Below, one piece after another: positions 20,443 through 28,788 of a DNA stretch of 32,000 bases. A program made the translations under genes and the position numbers. Origin of the DNA: an uncultured archaeon. Lineage in GTDB: Archaea > Asgardarchaeota > Thorarchaeia > Thorarchaeales > CAZPUN01. The notes beneath the pieces were generated by a model that had not been told where the DNA came from, did no database searches, and worked only from the letters and a program-made list of their open reading frames with translations. The stretch covers positions 7,104-39,103 of the forward strand of contig CAZPUN010000033.1 in the NCBI GenBank assembly GCA_964589775.1, read 5' to 3'. Each line of letters starts with the position of its first letter. The first letter of the stretch is position 1.

Positions 20443-20459
20443 TTATAAGCGGCTTATAA
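20443..20459. promoter_or_regulatory. Perfect palindrome TTATAAGC-G-GCTTATAA
   Basis: 8-1-8 inverted repeat between the metzincin stop and the small charged gene. Confidence 0.45.
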
Positions 20460-20489
20460 AAAAGAGAAAAAAGGGATTTTAAATATAAA

Positions 20490-22679
20490 TTATCGCCTTT
20501 TGATTTTTATTAATACAATGATTGCAGAAATAGCAGCAATCGCCAATATTCCATACAACAGAGGCGTAGGCATTTGTGCTACTGGTTCACCTTGTACAGT
20601 ATATGTTGCACTTTGTACAGCATTATCCATTATATCCAGTGCTAATATGTAATAACTAAGTGTATAGTTTTCAGATACGGGTGGCACTTTAAGTTCCCAA
20701 TGATCTCCTTTGTTATCCATAAGTATTTTTGTTTCATGCTCATAGGGAGTTGTAATAACGACATAAACCGCATAAACAGCAGTTTCATTATCACGAACAA
20801 CTGCACAAATTGTAAATCCATCAGAAACTTTGGGATGCTCGGGTATGGTATATACTGAGACTATTTGAGGTGCATAATGGTCGTCCCACATTTTGTTAAG
20901 CAACAGGTATTGCTCATAAGCTTGCTTCGCATAGAGCACTGCAGCAGTGTAATTCATCTTGAAGAAATAATAATCAGACATTGTCAAACTTTCATTAATT
21001 TCATTTAGCTGGCGTTCGATCGGTGATATATATGGACCAGCGCCGTGCAAATCAACCATGACACTAAGACCGTGTTTCACTTCACCATAATACCAATTAG
21101 CATATTGTCGCTTTAACCAATCCTGATAAAATGAATTATATTTTACAGCAGTAGTAAAGTAGCCCATTGAGCCGTCTGTGAAGTCTGCCGCCATATGGCC
21201 ATAAGTCCAGGGATGCCCAAGACCAAGGTTATGACCAGTCTCATGAATTAGAACATGACTTATTCCAGATTTTGGAGTCACACCGTCCGGCATGTAGTAT
21301 CGGTCTCTCGATTTTAGAATGATTGTCTGACCGCCACCGCCTAAACCTGTAAAGTTGCCAAGACCTGTAATCACCATTGTTAATTTAGAACGCACAATGA
21401 TGATACTAGTAACTACTAAATCTGCCCGATTTAGATCAAATATTTCGCCTCGCAAGGCATATAATTTGTTGAACAAACTATTTCCATCGATCATCCACCA
21501 ATCAGGATCATTACTTGGAAGTTTTGATTCATTGACCTGTTCATAGATCATGGGATAATCTTCAATATCACCAAGGGTTACATCCATGGACCAATTTACG
21601 AAAGGTAATGCGTCATATAATGGTCCCAATAGTCGCTTGGGATTCGTAAGCCATCGGAGTTCATTTGCAGTATGACCACTCTTTTTGTCTCCATTCAGAA
21701 TAAGAGTTTGAATAGATATTGAATCTTTAACAGGTGTTGCCCAATTATGCTGCCCAGCAAATAAAGGTCCTACAAGATCATTTATCCACCGACCTAAATA
21801 ATTGGCAAGTGCATCCTGACCCGCAGAGGTAGATAAATTATACGAACGTTGAATGTCATCTAGGTCATGGAAGAAATATGTTGGACATTTAGAATATTCA
21901 TAAACATTACTCCACCATATTGCGCCCCATTTCAAATACCATTGCGTTGCGGATGGGTCCAAAATGTATACACGCCCATTTCCACCAATACCGGGATATG
22001 TATATTTGACATCAGGATTTAATGCATTGTCCCATTCTAATCTGAACCAATTCACTGTTCGATTAGAGTCAGGATCTTTAGTAGCATAAGTAAACCAATG
22101 TTCCCAGCTATGGTCTGGTGAATCCCATTCAGAGTAATTCAGGATATAAATTGTATATCCATTTGTAGGAGGCTTTACCAACGGATGCTCAATAAAATAG
22201 TTTTCGATTTTCGTTGCATTTATGGAAATACCATTTTGTGGTAAAAATATGGAACGAGGTACGCCGTCATTTCGCTGAGCCCATAGTGCAGTTTCATTAA
22301 GCTTTGAACCAGTTCCAGTTGCATTTATAGAGTTATTTAGCAAAAGGGAGCCAATATAAGATTTCATACTACTATTCATAAAGATATATTGAAAATCAAA
22401 ATTTATCCTTAGAGTCCAATTTGGGTATAACGATTGCATATATGAGTGCTCTAAATATGAATCTAGTCGCGAAGTGTTCATAACATTAGAATCCCAGCCA
22501 ATAAAGGCAATTTTGACCGTCATATCATTTACTCGTGAATAAATTGATGAGGAAATTGATTTATTTTCTTCCAATTGAGAAGTATGAATTGAATTTGTGT
22601 TTAGAGTGTTTAATGGAATAATAGGTAAAATAAACAGAAATATAACCAAAAAAGTAATTCGTCCTCTCACTTTTATCAC
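20490..22679 (-). CDS. Secreted, C-terminally membrane-anchored zinc metalloprotease (metzincin motif)
   Basis: Signal peptide; HETGHNLGLGH (HExxHxxGxxH) with downstream GSMGY Met-turn candidate; C-terminal beta-sandwich, TM helix and KIKRR tail; several N-glycosylation sequons. Confidence 0.88.
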   Translation of the reverse strand: MIKVRGRITFLVIFLFILPIIPLNTLNTNSIHTSQLEENKSISSSIYSRVNDMTVKIAFIGWDSNVMNTSRLDSYLEHSYMQSLYPNWTLRINFDFQYIFMNSSMKSYIGSLLLNNSINATGTGSKLNETALWAQRNDGVPRSIFLPQNGISINATKIENYFIEHPLVKPPTNGYTIYILNYSEWDSPDHSWEHWFTYATKDPDSNRTVNWFRLEWDNALNPDVKYTYPGIGGNGRVYILDPSATQWYLKWGAIWWSNVYEYSKCPTYFFHDLDDIQRSYNLSTSAGQDALANYLGRWINDLVGPLFAGQHNWATPVKDSISIQTLILNGDKKSGHTANELRWLTNPKRLLGPLYDALPFVNWSMDVTLGDIEDYPMIYEQVNESKLPSNDPDWWMIDGNSLFNKLYALRGEIFDLNRADLVVTSIIIVRSKLTMVITGLGNFTGLGGGGQTIILKSRDRYYMPDGVTPKSGISHVLIHETGHNLGLGHPWTYGHMAADFTDGSMGYFTTAVKYNSFYQDWLKRQYANWYYGEVKHGLSVMVDLHGAGPYISPIERQLNEINESLTMSDYYFFKMNYTAAVLYAKQAYEQYLLLNKMWDDHYAPQIVSVYTIPEHPKVSDGFTICAVVRDNETAVYAVYVVITTPYEHETKILMDNKGDHWELKVPPVSENYTLSYYILALDIMDNAVQSATYTVQGEPVAQMPTPLLYGILAIAAISAIIVLIKIKRR

Positions 22680-22702
22680 GAGCTTCGAAATTACAAAACA
22701 AG

Positions 22703-22711
22703 AATATAAAA
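22703..22711 (-). promoter_or_regulatory. TATA box for a probably leaderless metzincin transcript
   Basis: TTTTATATT lies 24-32 nt upstream of the GTG start; no SD is present. Confidence 0.4.
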
Positions 22712-22764
22712 CTAACCTTCTAAGTATTTGTAGAAAGCTTCAAAATAATAATAGAAGGCAATCT

Positions 22765-23466
22765 CTATGTACGTGCTTTCGATTTTAAGTCTTCAGCATG
22801 CGTTAGGCAAGTCTGCGCTTCGCTATGCCTTCCAAGTTTGTTTAGAGCATTTGCCATATATACCCAAAGTTCAGGATTATCTGTATCTAATTTTAATGCC
22901 TCATTGATAGTGATAATGGCTTCTGAGGAGCGTCCAAGTTCGATCAGAGCAATGCTCTTATGAACGAGTGCTTCAATATTTTTTGGTTCAACTTCTAAAA
23001 CTTTATTGAAATACTCTAATGCTTCTTCATTGCGACCCAAAACTGCTAAAATTTCTGCTTTCCTCAACATGAATTTTACATCACAACACTCGTAGGATTC
23101 TAAAGTGTTTATGGATTCCAGAGCTCGTAAGTAATTATTTTGTACAATTTTTCGCGGTGCATTTTCTTTGCGAGACATATTTGCGATTTCAAAATATGCT
23201 ACAGCTAATAGCTTAAGCCCTAGAATTGAATCCGGCTCGAGCTCCAATGCGTGAATAAAATCTTCAATAGCTCCACCGTAATCTCCAAGAGCTCTATTAG
23301 CCTGACCACGAATTAGATAAAATTCACTATCAAATTTATGAACGACCAACATGGCATTCTCTAATATCTTTAATGCCTCTTTTGGGTGATCATTATATAA
23401 TTCCAGTTTTGCTTGTTGAAGTATTCGGGCGTATTCAACTTTATTCGGGCTTTCAGCTCGCGTCAT
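22765..23466 (-). CDS. Tetratricopeptide repeat protein
   Basis: Repeated TPR signatures, e.g. RGQANRALGDYGGAIEDFIHALELEP, KAEILAVLGRNEEALEYFNKVLEVEP, KSIALIELGRSSEAIITINEALKLD. Confidence 0.92.
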   Translation of the reverse strand: MTRAESPNKVEYARILQQAKLELYNDHPKEALKILENAMLVVHKFDSEFYLIRGQANRALGDYGGAIEDFIHALELEPDSILGLKLLAVAYFEIANMSRKENAPRKIVQNNYLRALESINTLESYECCDVKFMLRKAEILAVLGRNEEALEYFNKVLEVEPKNIEALVHKSIALIELGRSSEAIITINEALKLDTDNPELWVYMANALNKLGRHSEAQTCLTHAEDLKSKART

Positions 23467-23512
23467 CTGATAATATCCCCATACAATAATTGCGAATACT
23501 GAGATAGATGCC

Positions 23513-23531
23513 TTTAAAAAGTTTCACTTTT
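23513..23531 (-). promoter_or_regulatory. BRE/TATA-like promoter of the TPR gene
   Basis: The minus strand reads AAAAGTGAAAC-TTTTTAAA about 47 nt upstream of the ATG, followed by a GGGGAT SD-like element. Confidence 0.4.
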
Positions 23532-23621
23532 TATCTATATTTTGAAATAAAGAAGCGAATTGTTTATTAGATAGATATACAATTAAAAATATTAAATATG
23601 AGGAAGAGAGAAGTGGTATAA

Positions 23622-23771
23622 ATGGTTGGCGAGATAGTTAGTTTAGCCCAACTTGTCATAGGCTGGTTTCTAAACATTAGAATTGTAATATCAGCCACAG
23701 GAGTACCACTACTAAGCAAAGGTCCTATAATGCTAATTAGTTTATTATTGTATCTACACAAACGAAAATAA
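23622..23771 (+). CDS. Unannotated 49-aa hydrophobic (membrane) micro-protein
   Basis: MVGEIVSLAQLVIGWFLNIRIVISATGVPLLSKGPIMLISLLLYLHKRK*. Purine-rich GAAGTGGT precedes the ATG and a T-tract follows the stop. It is below the length of any ORF in the track. Confidence 0.55.
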   Translation: MVGEIVSLAQLVIGWFLNIRIVISATGVPLLSKGPIMLISLLLYLHKRK

Positions 23772-23872
23772 TTCTATTTTTTTATTAGACACGAATTTTT
23801 TCGAAAACGGAATTATTAAAAGTATCAAATGGCATGCTAATTTTAGATTGCTTAAACAGCTGAGGTGATTCT

Positions 23873-25354
23873 ATGAGCGACCTCACGCAATTTAGTCACG
23901 ATAGAATTTCTATTGACAAAGAAAAAATGAATGAAATAATATCACAATTAGAAAAAATTGTTGGCAAAAACGATGTTGCATCAGATCCATCTCAGATTTA
24001 CGCTTATTCAATGGATGCCTCAATTCATAGAGAACTACCACATGTAATTGTACGACCGGAGTCAGCTCAAGAAGTTAGTGAAATTCTCAAATTGGCAAAT
24101 AAATACATCATACCAGTTATTCCAAGAGGTGCGGGAACTTCCCTCTCCGGACATGCTACGCCATGGCGAGGCGGAATCGTATTAGATATGATGAAAATGA
24201 ATAAAATTAAAGAGATCAACATTCAAAATCTCTGGGTCGTAGTAGAACCAGGTGTTGTATTCGATGACCTAAATAGAGAACTCGCAAAATACGGCTTTAT
24301 GTTCCCGACAGGACCGGGAAGCGGAGATACTTGTACAATTGGAGGCATGGTTGCAGTAAACGCCTCAGGAATTAGAGCTCTGAAATATGGAGCAACTCGA
24401 GATTTTGTACTCGCGATGGAAGTAGTTATGCCAACCGGAGAAATAATAAGAACAGGTTCTAAAACACTAAAGAATTCTTCCGGATATCAAATTGCAAAGT
24501 TAATGGTAGGTTCCGAGGGAACATTAGGCGTTATAACAGAGATCACATTAAGAATTGTACCGATACCCGAAGCTGAAGCAACGATCCTTGCCGCATTTAA
24601 GACAACTAAGGATGCAGGAAAGGCAATTGCAGCTATTGTTAAGGCAGGGCTAATCCCAGCCAAAATGGATATAATGGGCTTAACAACAATTCAAGCAGTA
24701 AATAAGGCATATGATATTGGATTACCCGAAGTACAAGGGCTATTACTCATTGACGTTGATGGAACAAAAGAGGAAGTCGAACGCCATCTTCATGAAATTG
24801 CAGAAATATGTAAGAAAATGGACCCTGTAGAACTAAAAATGTCCAAAGATCCTGAGGAGCGAGAGAGGATCTGGGCAGGCCGTAAAGCAGTGTTACCAAG
24901 CTTGTCTCGTCTTAGAAAGGGAGTAGTGTCCGTAAGTATCAGTGAGGATATGTCTGTTCCAATTGCTGAAGTTGCCGAAGTTCTCGATGAGTTCAGAAAA
25001 TTAAGTGAGAAATACAAAGGCATTACAATTGGAGTTTATGGGCATGCAGGAGATGGAAACATTCACACGAAGATCCTATTTGATGTTACCAAAATGAAGT
25101 CATGGAAAGATTCGTTCAAAATATCCGAAGAGATTTACAAAGTGGTTACAGACCATGGCGGTACTGTAGCAGGTGAACATGGTATTGGATTTACAAAAGC
25201 TCCATTTCTAAAATATGAACACAACGATATGTGGATTATCAGAAAAATCAAAGATGCCTTAGATCCAAATCATATTCTAAATCCGATGAAAATAGGAATA
25301 CAAGGCATCCCTGAGACATTCTTAGAAAAAATCAGATATCCAGTGAGGGAGTGA
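23873..25354 (+). CDS. glcD: FAD-linked 2-hydroxyacid dehydrogenase (GlcD/D-lactate dehydrogenase family)
   Basis: PRGAGTSLSG, TIGGMVAVNASG, GSEGTLGVIT, GHAGDGNIH, GEHGIG and LNPMK motifs; GAGGTGA SD. Substrate cannot be determined from sequence. Confidence 0.93.
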   Translation: MSDLTQFSHDRISIDKEKMNEIISQLEKIVGKNDVASDPSQIYAYSMDASIHRELPHVIVRPESAQEVSEILKLANKYIIPVIPRGAGTSLSGHATPWRGGIVLDMMKMNKIKEINIQNLWVVVEPGVVFDDLNRELAKYGFMFPTGPGSGDTCTIGGMVAVNASGIRALKYGATRDFVLAMEVVMPTGEIIRTGSKTLKNSSGYQIAKLMVGSEGTLGVITEITLRIVPIPEAEATILAAFKTTKDAGKAIAAIVKAGLIPAKMDIMGLTTIQAVNKAYDIGLPEVQGLLLIDVDGTKEEVERHLHEIAEICKKMDPVELKMSKDPEERERIWAGRKAVLPSLSRLRKGVVSVSISEDMSVPIAEVAEVLDEFRKLSEKYKGITIGVYGHAGDGNIHTKILFDVTKMKSWKDSFKISEEIYKVVTDHGGTVAGEHGIGFTKAPFLKYEHNDMWIIRKIKDALDPNHILNPMKIGIQGIPETFLEKIRYPVRE

Positions 25355-26433
25355 AAATGAAAAGCACAATACTGAAAGACAATGCAGAGTTTATCGACGA
25401 TGCATTTATGGTATGCTCGCTATGCGGAAAATGCCGCCAGACATGCCCATCATATCTTGCCAACTTATGGGAGTTTACATCACCAAGAGGAAGAATAGAA
25501 ACAACATTTGGCATCAAAGAAGGGCATATCGAACTTACAGAACGCGTGAATAGAACAATGCAACAATGTTTTACATGCGGAGCATGTGTAGAGATCTGTC
25601 CGGCTCATGTAGATGTACGTAAGGCAATATTATTAGTACGCCAGACAGCCTTTGAGGAAGGTATTCCATTACCAGAAGAACAAACAAAATTGTTGAAGCG
25701 AATCAAAGAAACAAACAACTATTATGGTAAAGAGAGCATCGTTTCAGAGCAAGGCTCGGGAGACATACTGATTTATCTCGGATGCAAATACTCCACGGAC
25801 AAATCACTCTATGAACCGCTTATTAAACAATTAAAGGAACTTGGCGTAAACTATAAGATAATTGGTCAAAACAAATGTTGTGGATTCCCATTCTATTTAG
25901 CAGGGGATATTAAAGAATTTGAAAAGCATCAGGAAGCACTTGCTGAAGAAATCAACAACAGTAATGGTAAGTTGATTGTGACTCCATGCCCGGAGGGTAT
26001 TGAAGCCTTCAAGCAGGCGGGTAAAGTAAATATCGATATCAAACACATAACTGAATTTCTGGCAGAACAGAAGAGCAAGATCAAAAAGAAAAGCGGAATC
26101 AAAAAGATTTATTATCACGACCCGTGTTACTTAGCTCGAATAGCGGGTGTTACTGAAGAGCCTAGGCAGCTCTTGGAGAATATCGATGGCGTCGAATTAA
26201 TACCATGGAAACTCAACGGCAAAACATCATTATGCAGTGGCTCAGGAGCTGGATTTACTGAACTAGCAGACCCAGAAGAAGCTCAGGCAACATTAAACAG
26301 ACATATACAGGCGATCAAGGAATTGGGAGCTGAAGCTATTGTGACAGCGTGCCCGCATGCATATGAACAGTTCAAGAAACAGAAAGAACTACCGGTATTC
26401 ACTGTTGAAGGCTTCATTCAGGAGTGTAAATAA
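25351..26433 (+). CDS. Fe-S oxidoreductase, GlcF/HdrD-like (2x[4Fe-4S] plus two degenerate CCG domains)
   Basis: CSLCGKCRQTCP and CFTCGACVEICP; YLGC...CCG...CPEG; YHDPC...LCSG...CPHA. Overlaps the glcD stop (GTGA); alternative ATG at 25357. Confidence 0.88.
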   Translation: MKMKSTILKDNAEFIDDAFMVCSLCGKCRQTCPSYLANLWEFTSPRGRIETTFGIKEGHIELTERVNRTMQQCFTCGACVEICPAHVDVRKAILLVRQTAFEEGIPLPEEQTKLLKRIKETNNYYGKESIVSEQGSGDILIYLGCKYSTDKSLYEPLIKQLKELGVNYKIIGQNKCCGFPFYLAGDIKEFEKHQEALAEEINNSNGKLIVTPCPEGIEAFKQAGKVNIDIKHITEFLAEQKSKIKKKSGIKKIYYHDPCYLARIAGVTEEPRQLLENIDGVELIPWKLNGKTSLCSGSGAGFTELADPEEAQATLNRHIQAIKELGAEAIVTACPHAYEQFKKQKELPVFTVEGFIQECK

Positions 26434-26436
26434 AGA

Positions 26437-26910
26437 GTGGAACGCGAGATATTATTACGCGCATGTAAAAAGGGTATTGATTTCCAAGAATATTTGAAAG
26501 GGATAAGTGACAGGTTCAAAGATAGGTTTGTCTCACGATATGAGGAAACTGAGATTCCAGAAGAATATTTACAACGCTTACAACAATTATTAACCGGAAA
26601 AACAATAATAGCGTTCTCAGCAGAGTGGTGTAAAGATTGCTCAAACAACATTCCAGTGTTGGCTCGGATTTCCGAGAAAATTGGAGTGCCATTCAAGATA
26701 CTAGGCGGAATAAAAAGTGATCCAAAGGGAAAGGGACCCTACTGGAAATCACCACCATCACCGCCCGAAATTAATGAGCTTAATATCAAGAGAATTCCGT
26801 GGATTGCAGTCATAGACGATGAAGGAAATATCCATGCAATAATCGATGAAAATCCCAAGTATAAGCAGACAGTCTATGAGGAACTCATATATCTGATGAG
26901 TAATAATTAA
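26437..26910 (+). CDS. Thioredoxin-fold protein
   Basis: FSAEWCKDC (WCxxC) and RIPW cis-Pro loop; starts 3 nt after the previous stop. Confidence 0.85.
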   Translation: MEREILLRACKKGIDFQEYLKGISDRFKDRFVSRYEETEIPEEYLQRLQQLLTGKTIIAFSAEWCKDCSNNIPVLARISEKIGVPFKILGGIKSDPKGKGPYWKSPPSPPEINELNIKRIPWIAVIDDEGNIHAIIDENPKYKQTVYEELIYLMSNN

Positions 26911-26918
26911 ACTGGCAC

Positions 26919-27305
26919 TTATCCTTTCTTATTTTTCCAAATTTGATAGAGAAAATAAATACCAAAAATGGCTGCAAGCGTTGTGATTGTTGAAATGATT
27001 GTCAGAGCAATACCCACATCTCTGCCCATCACAAAATAAACAATAGGCGTCACGGAAACAAATAACAAAATAATTTGGTAAGAAATGGTCCGTTCGAACA
27101 TCCAATCTTTTTCGCGGGATATACCCCATGAAAGATACAAGGGTGCAATACCGGATAGAAGTAAAGCAATAGCATATAACGTTGGATCTGGAAAGTCAGG
27201 CATAAATCTTACCGGAATTCCGATAAAATATAGAGATGCAAGACTAATATTTAATAGGGGTATTAGCATAAGTGTGAAAATTAATTTCTGTTTCAGTTCA
27301 AGCAT
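26919..27305 (-). CDS. Hypothetical 4-TM membrane protein
   Basis: Four hydrophobic segments, basic C-terminus, AGGTG SD; 5 nt downstream of the M20 gene. Confidence 0.8.
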   Translation of the reverse strand: MLELKQKLIFTLMLIPLLNISLASLYFIGIPVRFMPDFPDPTLYAIALLLSGIAPLYLSWGISREKDWMFERTISYQIILLFVSVTPIVYFVMGRDVGIALTIISTITTLAAIFGIYFLYQIWKNKKG

Positions 27306-27310
27306 AGCAC

Positions 27311-28672
27311 CTAACCTTTTCCAAATAATTCCATGAGATATATGTTCCGCTTTATATCCATGTGGAATAAATCAATGTCGATACTTTCATTTGGAAGACG
27401 GGTATTGGATTTATGATCATCGGGACCTATACAGATTGTAGGTATATGTTCCGAGTAGAGGAAAATTGGGCTGGACATTTCATGAATGGGAATTACTAAT
27501 GGCTCATGATTGAATACCTTTTTAGTAGATTCAATCGCTATTTGGACAATCCTACTGTTTATGTCAGTATATCCAGCAGGATATTTTTCAATAATGTCAA
27601 AAACATACGGTTCTGAAATATTGTTTTTTACAAAATTAGAAATAGATTCCACAACCTTTTCTATATCCAATCCAGGAGGTAATCTAAGATCTAGATTTAC
27701 TTTTATATATGGATTTATTGTAGCGATCTGAGGCTCAGTATCAAGACCCATCGAAATATTACTAACATTTAGCTTCGGTTTAAACATCATTTCTTGAACA
27801 AGTTCAGATTCTGGGATCTCAGGTGGATGCTCTACAATTTCTTTTGATAACTCAAATCTTGCTTTGCACGCATTCTTTATTTTTTCTAAAACTTCTGGTG
27901 GAAATTCCGGAATTGATGCTTTTGGAAAGTCAGGTATAATTAGGTTTCCGTGCTCATCCATCATTTTACAAATTAATGTCATGACTTCATGAATTGGATT
28001 CCCAACCATAGATAACATACTTGATGGTACAGTATTCTTCAATCGCTTTAATTCGAGACTAAAAGCAAATAATCCACGATATCCTACAATGATTTCCTGA
28101 GTACCATATACATTTTGGTATCCCGTTTCATAAATACATGCGTCCCCCTTGAGAATTTCAGGATTTTCTTTTAGTACCTTACGCAATGTCCGATTTCCTA
28201 ATTCGCCATCGCCTTCTAATATGAATTTAATATTTACAGGGGGTTCAATATTTAATTGCGAATATGTATCAATTGCTGCAAGACGGGATACAATAGGACC
28301 TTTACTTTCGCTAGTACCTCTACCATACATTCGACCTTTACGAATTATTGGATCGAACGGATGTGATTGCCATGATTCAAAATCGCCGATACTGGATACA
28401 TCATAATGGTTTCCAAAAATTAATGTTTTTTCCGCACCAACGTCCAAGCTAGCATATATTAAAGGAAAAGAGGTATCTCCAAGAAATTTTACATCAAAGC
28501 CATATTGCATAAGATGTGTTGCTAAAAGTTCAGACATTTTACCAATAAATTCTAAATCTGAAGAAACACTCGGAACACGCACATATTCGGCAAGTCTAAA
28601 TATAGACTTAGAAAGCCGTAAATCTACAGTCTTAAACAACGACCTTATGCTATTCCGAGCTTTCTTCACCAT
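27311..28672 (-). CDS. M20/M25/M40-family peptidase homologue with a degenerate active site
   Basis: NHYDV, W..HPF, GRMYGRG...KGP, VNIKFILEG and PNE are present, but SESKG, GDGE and RLPNE replace the usual xDxKG, xEEE and HxPNE. Confidence 0.88.
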   Translation of the reverse strand: MVKKARNSIRSLFKTVDLRLSKSIFRLAEYVRVPSVSSDLEFIGKMSELLATHLMQYGFDVKFLGDTSFPLIYASLDVGAEKTLIFGNHYDVSSIGDFESWQSHPFDPIIRKGRMYGRGTSESKGPIVSRLAAIDTYSQLNIEPPVNIKFILEGDGELGNRTLRKVLKENPEILKGDACIYETGYQNVYGTQEIIVGYRGLFAFSLELKRLKNTVPSSMLSMVGNPIHEVMTLICKMMDEHGNLIIPDFPKASIPEFPPEVLEKIKNACKARFELSKEIVEHPPEIPESELVQEMMFKPKLNVSNISMGLDTEPQIATINPYIKVNLDLRLPPGLDIEKVVESISNFVKNNISEPYVFDIIEKYPAGYTDINSRIVQIAIESTKKVFNHEPLVIPIHEMSSPIFLYSEHIPTICIGPDDHKSNTRLPNESIDIDLFHMDIKRNIYLMELFGKG

Positions 28673-28693
28673 ATTTAGATACCTTCATATTTA

Positions 28694-28721
28694 ATGTTTA
28701 ATAAGAGATATTACTAAACAT
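28694..28721. promoter_or_regulatory. Imperfect inverted repeat ATGTTTAATAA-N6-TTACTAAACAT in the M20/mobB divergent promoter
   Basis: Arms match at 10 of 11 positions. Confidence 0.35.
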
Positions 28722-28788
28722 ATTAATAAGACTTTTTTTATGTTTCTAAAATGAAATTCTAAAATTTCGACTAGAGGAGGTCATTAAA

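Noticed and set aside
23567-23761. 64-aa minus-strand ORF
   Set aside because: Mirror of the plus-strand 49-aa ORF, which has the better start context, terminator and membrane-protein pattern.
28694-28721. ModE box
   Set aside because: Spacing is similar but the sequence lacks the CGnTATATA-type half-sites.
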